From contig CAZNOH010000001.1 of assembly GCA_964574655.1 (NCBI GenBank), positions 535,020 to 599,019 of the forward strand: DNA of 64,000 nt, in the 5' to 3' direction. Position 1 is the stretch's first letter. The number at the start of each line of letters is the position of its first letter. Below the pieces are notes generated by a model. That model had not been told where the DNA came from and made no database searches. It saw only the letters and a list, made by a program, of their open reading frames with translations. Below, one piece after another: positions 58,365 to 64,000 of the stretch. The position numbers and the translations under genes are program-made. This stretch comes from an uncultured Candidatus Saccharibacteria bacterium. GTDB taxonomy: Bacteria; Patescibacteriota; JABMPQ01; JAQVVF01.

Positions 58365-59668
58365 CTTTTGATTTCTTTAATTCCGCAATATCCCCACAAA
58401 ACTTCTGGAATTTTTATAGAGCCGTCTTTTTGCTGATTATTTTCCATAATTGCAATCAGGATTCTGCCAATTGCAAAAGCAGTTGCGTCGTTTGTGTGAA
58501 CATATTTATACTCGCCTTTTTCATTTTGATATCTGGTGTTCAGACGGCGAGCTTGATAATCCGTCATTAAGTCTGACGTATGAGTTTCTCGGTATTTATT
58601 TTCACTCGGCAACCAACATTCGATATCAATTTGTCGAGCATCTGGATCTCCCATATCACCTGTGCAAATTTGGACAACCTGATAAGGAAGTTTTAATGAT
58701 TTTACTAAATATTCTTGGATTGCAACAAAAAAGTCTTGTTCTATTTTAGAATTCTCAGAAATCGAAAAACTTTCCATCTCGAGCTTGTCAAACTGGTGAA
58801 CTCTTAGGATGCCTTTTGTATCTTTGCCGTAGCTTCCGGCTTCTCGACGAAAGCTTGTTGAAAAGCCTAAATAACGAAGTGGCAAATTTTTCGCCTGCAA
58901 AACTTTATCTATGTGCATTGGACCAAGAGTATGTTCCGCACTGCCAATTAGGAAAACTTTATCTGAAGGAATATAATAGCGCTCTTCCTGTGGCTCAAGC
59001 CTGGCCATTTTTTCAAATATCTCAGGCCTAATCATGACTGGGGGGATAATCGGAATAAATGGCGTTGCACTATACCCTGGTTTTATACTATCAGCAATTT
59101 CTTTAAGTATTTTGGGGTCTGTAAGTGTTTTTATGGTATGTTGTATGATGGCAAATTCTAGAAGCACAGCTTCACTTTTTAGATAATTAAAACGCGTTCC
59201 AGAAATTTTTCCAGCTGTTTTGACATCAATAATGTCTAGTTTTTCACCAAGGTCAAGATGGTCTTTTGGTTTGAAATCAAATTTTGTCGGCTTGCCTATT
59301 TGGCGAATTGGTTTGTTTTCAGATTCATCTTTGCCAACAGGAACATCTGATAAAGGAATATTTGGAAACTTTAGTAGCATTGTTTTCCATTCTTTTTCCA
59401 TAATAGCAAGCTTGCTCTCGAGATCTTTTAGTCGTTCCGAAGTTCCTTTTATATCAAGAATTGCCTGCTGTTTTTCTAAATCAGATAATTTTGCGATTTT
59501 GTCAGAAGCTTGATTTTTTTTGGCTCTAAGCTCGTCAACTTTTAGTTGAAGACGCCTTTTTTTATTATCGAGATCAATAAAATAGTCCATGTCAAATTTT
59601 TTATTGCGATCTTTGATCGCTTTCATGACTATTTTTTTGTCTTTTCGAATTAAATTAATATCAAGCAT
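58361..59668 (-). CDS. serS: Serine--tRNA ligase
   Basis: N-terminal coiled coil, FRREAGSYGKDTKGILRVHQFDK, AIGRILIAIMEN. Confidence 0.97.
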   Translation of the reverse strand: MLDINLIRKDKKIVMKAIKDRNKKFDMDYFIDLDNKKRRLQLKVDELRAKKNQASDKIAKLSDLEKQQAILDIKGTSERLKDLESKLAIMEKEWKTMLLKFPNIPLSDVPVGKDESENKPIRQIGKPTKFDFKPKDHLDLGEKLDIIDVKTAGKISGTRFNYLKSEAVLLEFAIIQHTIKTLTDPKILKEIADSIKPGYSATPFIPIIPPVMIRPEIFEKMARLEPQEERYYIPSDKVFLIGSAEHTLGPMHIDKVLQAKNLPLRYLGFSTSFRREAGSYGKDTKGILRVHQFDKLEMESFSISENSKIEQDFFVAIQEYLVKSLKLPYQVVQICTGDMGDPDARQIDIECWLPSENKYRETHTSDLMTDYQARRLNTRYQNEKGEYKYVHTNDATAFAIGRILIAIMENNQQKDGSIKIPEVLWGYCGIKEIKR

Positions 59669-59769
59669 GTTTAAAAATTAAAAATTAAAAAGGAAAAAAC
59701 CTTTGTATCAGTTATAAGGTATAAGAAATTGCCGATTATGTCAAATATTAATTATCTCGCTAACAATCT

Positions 59770-60165
59770 TTATTCTTTTACTTCTTCCATTGCGGTATCT
59801 AATTTTAAGTCCGTAATCAGTCCTGGAAGTTCTTCTAAGAATTCTTTGTCCTCGCTATGAAAGACAATTCCGCCGGCTTTTTCTAATCTTTCTGTATTTG
59901 GATGTTTATAGTCCCATTCGATTCCCTCTAATTCAATATCTTTTGGAACCCAAAGTCGTCCTCTCCTTTCTCTGCCTTCAATCGATTTTAGTTCATCTTT
60001 TATATAGATAGGAACGCGTAACCATTCCTTTTTTGTTACTTGTGCCTGCTCATCTCCTGTAAGCCACCAAATCAGTAAGTTTTTTGGTAATTCTTTATCT
60101 TCTATGGAAAATCCTTCTTCTTCATCTAAGTTAGCTGGATTTTCTCCTTCTTGTTCTATATTCAT
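59770..60165 (-). CDS. Hypothetical acidic protein
   Basis: 131-aa ORF in operon orientation. Confidence 0.6.
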   Translation of the reverse strand: MNIEQEGENPANLDEEEGFSIEDKELPKNLLIWWLTGDEQAQVTKKEWLRVPIYIKDELKSIEGRERRGRLWVPKDIELEGIEWDYKHPNTERLEKAGGIVFHSEDKEFLEELPGLITDLKLDTAMEEVKE

Positions 60166-60175
60166 ACTGTGACTA

Positions 60176-60424
60176 TTAATTTAAAAGATTAATTATGCTT
60201 AATTCTTTGGAAATTAATTTAATTGCCTGATTAACTTTTTCTTTTTTTGTTTTTAATAATAACAAGGATTCTTTTTCATCAACAATCTTTCCATCCCACC
60301 AATAGATTGAATTGACCTTTTCTATTATATTAACACAAATTGCTAATTTTTGCTCGATCAATTTCCTGCCAATTTTTCTGGCTTCTTCTAAATTCTTGCA
60401 GGTTGTGTGGATATCGTAGAACAT
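60176..60424 (-). pseudogene. cutA: CutA divalent-cation tolerance protein, C-terminally truncated
   Basis: KLAICVNI, SIYWWDGKI, LLLKT; lacks the HxYxxPEI C-terminal motif; 82 aa. Confidence 0.7.
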
Positions 60425-60434
60425 AGATTAGAGA

Positions 60435-60533
60435 TTCTACCTGGCTTTAGCCAGGGGGTTGGTGTGCTTTAGCTCTGGCCGTCGTCGACTTAGGACTAAA
60501 GTCCTTCGACCCTTTGGCTAAAGCCAAGTAGAA
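60435..60533. mobile_element. REPIN-like element flanking the RAYT gene
   Basis: TTCTACCTGGCTTTAGCCAG...TTGGCTAAAGCCAAGTAGAA. Confidence 0.85.
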
Positions 60534-60536
60534 GTT

Positions 60537-61136
60537 CTACACGCCTTTAGGCAATGAGTTCGAAAATTTAGTGTTTGGTTTGATATTTGCAAGATCCTTA
60601 ATATTAATAAATCCTTTATTATCTTCTGATAAATCGATTACTGATCTAACTAATTCATGCATTTCTTTATCACTATATTTTTTTGCATAATAACCATAAC
60701 TTGAAAATTTGTTATTTTTTAATTCTTCAAAAGTGCTGACTTCTTTATGCTTTAATAAATTGCCAATAATATAACCAGTAACTCGCCAATCCATGATCTC
60801 GGATGCAATTTGTAAAAGTTTAGTACTCTGCCAAAGCTGTGTTTCTTTTATTACGTGCCAATATTTTTTCTTATACAAGAAAGATGTACCACCATGAAGA
60901 ATCTGTTTGATTTTTGGAATTAATAATCCATTCTTGAGATAAAATTTAATGTGAAAATGATTAATTGCGATGCTATAAGCGCTTATTTTAACATTATATT
61001 TAACTCTTAGTTTTTTGAATTGGTCATAAATGATTTGCTTTTGTTCTGGTTCGCTAAAATATGGAGTGTGTAAAAATGTGGAGGTTGTTAAAAAGTATAT
61101 GCAATCATTTGGCCAATATTGTTTTTGTTTGAACAT
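60537..61136 (-). CDS. REP-associated tyrosine transposase (RAYT; IS200/Y1 HUH family)
   Basis: YFLTTST, YSIAINHFHI (HUH), LWQ, YIIGN (catalytic Tyr), FSSY; flanked by REP hairpins. Confidence 0.82.
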   Translation of the reverse strand: MFKQKQYWPNDCIYFLTTSTFLHTPYFSEPEQKQIIYDQFKKLRVKYNVKISAYSIAINHFHIKFYLKNGLLIPKIKQILHGGTSFLYKKKYWHVIKETQLWQSTKLLQIASEIMDWRVTGYIIGNLLKHKEVSTFEELKNNKFSSYGYYAKKYSDKEMHELVRSVIDLSEDNKGFINIKDLANIKPNTKFSNSLPKGV

Positions 61137-61153
61137 CTTTATAGAGAACTAGT

Positions 61154-61277
61154 GCTAAAGCCCATTAAAAATTTTGTAATCCAAAATTTTTAATCCCCTC
61201 AGCTAAAGCTGGGTAGAATATTTCTACCTGGCTTTAGCCAAGGGGTGTTGGAGCTTTAGCTCCACGTTGTTAAAGCC
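61154..61277. mobile_element. REP half-elements at the RAYT 5' flank
   Basis: Right half ending GTAGAA at 61218 with nested palindrome, then a left half starting TTCTAC at 61222. Confidence 0.8.
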
Positions 61278-61677
61278 GAAGTTTCAATTTTGATGATTTA
61301 TATTTTTCTGGTTTAAATGATTTTAATCTAACGGTTTTAGTTTTAAAGCCAAATTCTTTAATCTTGTCCTCTAATTCTTCTGTGTATGAATTTTGATCAT
61401 AGCCTAAAGCGATAATATCTGGTTTTTCCTGCTTAACTATCTTGTACGGATCATCTAAATTGCCTAGCTTTGCTTCATCAACAATTTTCTGATTTTTAAC
61501 ATTTGCTAATCTTTCTTTTTCATTAAATAATGTGCGATGTTTTTTGATCGCGCTAACTGTTTGATCTCGAGCAACGATTACTGTTAGATTATCGCCTAAT
61601 TTCTTTGCTTGCTTGAAAAAATCCAGATGGCCTGGATGCAAAAGATCAAATGTGCCGAAAATTAAAACTTTTTTCAT
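61270..61677 (-). CDS. Cytidylyltransferase-fold protein, likely archaeal-type FAD synthase (RibL-like)
   Basis: GTFDLLHPGH, VIVARD, PDIIALGYDQ, YKSSK. Confidence 0.85.
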   Translation of the reverse strand: MKKVLIFGTFDLLHPGHLDFFKQAKKLGDNLTVIVARDQTVSAIKKHRTLFNEKERLANVKNQKIVDEAKLGNLDDPYKIVKQEKPDIIALGYDQNSYTEELEDKIKEFGFKTKTVRLKSFKPEKYKSSKLKLRL

Positions 61678-61687
61678 AAATTTATTA

Positions 61688-62872
61688 TTAAGGCTTCATC
61701 CACATTACTAATCTTCTTTTTGTTTTTTCAGCGAAAATTTCTTCAACTTCTTTTGGAGTACCAGGAAGCTTCGGCAACCATAAAACATCTTCGTCTGTAT
61801 GTGTTGCAAGTGCTGTTGCTACTTCTGGAGTCAATTCTTTTAAGCCCTGTAAATTTAGAGCGCCTTTAACTTTTGCCAATTTTTTCGCCATATCAACCGA
61901 TATCGAAGTAAGTCCTGATAAAACTAAAGTACCTTCAATATGAGATAGCCCCTCAGCAACTTCTAATGAAATTTCAGTCAAAGATTCAAGATGCAAATCA
62001 CCTTTTAATTTGCCTAGATGTTCAGCAACTTCATCAGAAATATTTTTTAGCCCTAAACTAAGTTTTTTGTAGGGATTATAAACTAATTTTTTTGCGCTTT
62101 CAGCCGAAAGATCTTCTACTCCCGACAGATATAAAATATGAGTGTTATATTTATAACCGCCAAAACGACCTAATCCTTCAGCAACATCTTCGGGAAGAGT
62201 AGCTAATTTTTCTAAATAAAGATCAGACTCATGTGCTGATAATCTTGCGGCTGCTACTCCAGAAAGAGTGGTTACCCCGTTAAAAAATAGCCTGCTATTT
62301 CTGTTCATTCCAAACCATCTTGCAGCTTCATCAGAAATTTCGGTTAAGCCAGATAACCCTAAGGCACTCATATTACCCTTGTGTCTGGCAAGTCCTCTAG
62401 CAGCGCTGTCAGATAACGAGGTCAAACCCATGAGATTTAAATCTCGATCATGACGACCTAATATGCTCGCTGTCTCATCTGAAATTTCTGTAACTTTTGG
62501 AAATGCAAACCAACGATGGCTGTCAGCAATTATTTGCGCCATTTCTGGCGTAAGAATTGTTAATTCTTCATGATGTTCAAAATTTCTTTGTAGAAATTCA
62601 ATATATAATTTTCCTTTTGCTTTTGCTTCTTCAAGTGTCATTTCAATTCCAACGACATTAATTTTTATTTTGCCTAAAGCTTCATCTAAATTTAAGACAT
62701 CTTGTCCTGTAACTTTTTCATCTCGTTCAATTTTTCCAGTTAAATTGTTTGCAGACTCAATAACTCTTTCTGATTCAGGATTTTTTACAATTTCAAGACC
62801 TTCAACTTTATCTTGTTGAGGTTCTTTGACGTCGGCTAGTTTTTCATCAATTGGTTGTTCTGAATTTGGCAT
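61688..62872 (-). CDS. Leucine-rich repeat protein
   Basis: About 11 repeats of LxLxGLTxISxExAxxL, 22-25 aa each. Confidence 0.8.
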   Translation of the reverse strand: MPNSEQPIDEKLADVKEPQQDKVEGLEIVKNPESERVIESANNLTGKIERDEKVTGQDVLNLDEALGKIKINVVGIEMTLEEAKAKGKLYIEFLQRNFEHHEELTILTPEMAQIIADSHRWFAFPKVTEISDETASILGRHDRDLNLMGLTSLSDSAARGLARHKGNMSALGLSGLTEISDEAARWFGMNRNSRLFFNGVTTLSGVAAARLSAHESDLYLEKLATLPEDVAEGLGRFGGYKYNTHILYLSGVEDLSAESAKKLVYNPYKKLSLGLKNISDEVAEHLGKLKGDLHLESLTEISLEVAEGLSHIEGTLVLSGLTSISVDMAKKLAKVKGALNLQGLKELTPEVATALATHTDEDVLWLPKLPGTPKEVEEIFAEKTKRRLVMWMKP

Positions 62873-62896
62873 CTTTTTAAATTATTATATTTATAT

Positions 62897-62960
62897 TCGC
62901 GTAGGTGACAAATCTTGTTTGTCACCTACCGCCCGCAAACAAGATTTGCGGGGCTACGCG
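62897..62960. repeat. GTAG-type REP doublet
   Basis: CGTAGGTGACAAATCTTGTTTGTCACCTAC plus inverted CGTAGCCCGCAAATCTTGTTTGCGGGC. Confidence 0.8.
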
Positions 62961-62986
62961 AAAATTGATTACACAAAAATATTATA

Positions 62987-64000
62987 TTATAATACTAAAT
63001 CATCATTAATTTCTTGCATTGCTTTGATAGCTAAAGCAACAAAATCATTTAAACTAATTCCTAATTTCTCTACATCCTGAATATCTTGTCTGCTGATATT
63101 TCTGGCAAAAGATTTTTCTTTCATTTTTTTAATAACTGATTCTGGTTTTAATGATGATAATTTTTTGTCTGGCAAAACTAAAGTTGCAGAGACGATAAGA
63201 CCGCTAAGCTGTTCTGATGCTGACAAAGCAAAATCTAAATCTGTTTTTTTAGTTATTCCTGTATTTTCATAATTATGAGATTTAATAGCATCAATCATAT
63301 CTTCCGGTACATCATATTCGTCTAAAATATCTGCAGTCATCAAAGCATGCTTTTCTGGAATATTTTTTGTTTGATCAAAATCTAAATCATGAACTAGTCC
63401 AGTAATTCCCCAAGCTTCTTCTGGTTTATTTAATTTCTTGGCTAGTCCTTTCATGATTGCCTCTGATGCCAAACAATGTTTTATTAAATTTTCTGTTTTG
63501 ATATTTTGCTTTAACAACTCCCAAGCTGTTTTTCGGTCAATGACTGAATCTAAATTTTTGACTTCTTCAACATCAGAAGATTTTTTTGATTCTGCTTTAA
63601 CCTCTTGTCCTTTTTTTTCAGGACGCATTAATGGGAAGAAAATTACATCCCTAATATTTTCTGAATTTGTTAAAATTGCAAATAAACGATCAATACCAAC
63701 TCCAAATCCAGCTGTTGGAGGCATGCCATATTCCAAAGATTCTACAAAATCCTCATCCATCATTTGTGCTTCTGTATCGCCTTCTCTGCGTAATTTTGCT
63801 TGCTCTTCGAATCGCTGTCGTTGATCTAATGGATCATTTAATTCTGAAAAACCATTGCCTAATTCTGATCCGGCGATTAAAACTTGGAGACGTTGAGTTG
63901 TATTTTGATTTTCTTCATTCTTTTTGGCAAGTGGTGAAATCGCAACTGGCTGGTTGATTAAAAAGCATGGCTGTATTAATGATGGCCTGACTGTTTTTTT
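62987..64000 (-). CDS. lysS: Lysine--tRNA ligase (class II), 5'-partial, fused to a C-terminal HD domain
   Basis: ISPLAK; LEYGMPPTAGFGVGIDRL motif 3, then KHCLASE..GLVHDLD..H..AIKSH. Confidence 0.93.
   Translation of the reverse strand, partial: KKTVRPSLIQPCFLINQPVAISPLAKKNEENQNTTQRLQVLIAGSELGNGFSELNDPLDQRQRFEEQAKLRREGDTEAQMMDEDFVESLEYGMPPTAGFGVGIDRLFAILTNSENIRDVIFFPLMRPEKKGQEVKAESKKSSDVEEVKNLDSVIDRKTAWELLKQNIKTENLIKHCLASEAIMKGLAKKLNKPEEAWGITGLVHDLDFDQTKNIPEKHALMTADILDEYDVPEDMIDAIKSHNYENTGITKKTDLDFALSASEQLSGLIVSATLVLPDKKLSSLKPESVIKKMKEKSFARNISRQDIQDVEKLGISLNDFVALAIKAMQEINDDLVL

Noticed and set aside
1-64000. Alternative genetic code; remaining short antisense ORFs in the track
   Set aside because: Conserved genes are full length under code 11 and TGA is used as a stop; the short ORFs overlap confident genes and have no motifs

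Overview
AT-rich (roughly 30% GC by eye) bacterial chromosome segment using standard code 11. Gene content, the lack of Shine-Dalgarno sites before most core genes and the intergenic repeat families suggest a Patescibacteria/CPR (Parcubacteria-like) genome; this is inference. The window holds a surface-glycan cluster (ugd, metK, galE-like, rmlA/D/B/C, three GT4s, O-antigen ligase/polymerase, Wzz-like), cell-wall genes (L,D-transpeptidase, alr, murI, WecA/TagO), housekeeping genes (typA, dnaX, dnaB, ybaB, recR, rplU, cysS, serS, lysS), tRNA-Leu(TAA), tRNA-Gln(TTG), a KamA + ATP-grasp pair, a VirD4/HerA-like ATPase, a membrane-anchored half-Clp ATPase, and a RAYT/IS200-like HUH transposase with its REPIN-like repeats. 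Most notable: (1) about 8 self-contained orphan-gene cassettes sharing a sigma70 promoter, often a boxA-like motif, a strong AGGAGG-type SD and a terminator, unlike the SD-less core genes; (2) the extreme case of these, a roughly 1.9 kb high-GC transcription unit encoding an OmpA-like/beta-barrel protein and a (Gly-Glu)n protein; (3) many gene-less, 7- or 9-nt-periodic long hairpins between genes; (4) both tRNAs are followed about 100 bp downstream by a copy of their 3' end split by a mini-hairpin insert. No CRISPR array, rRNA, integrase or prophage was seen.
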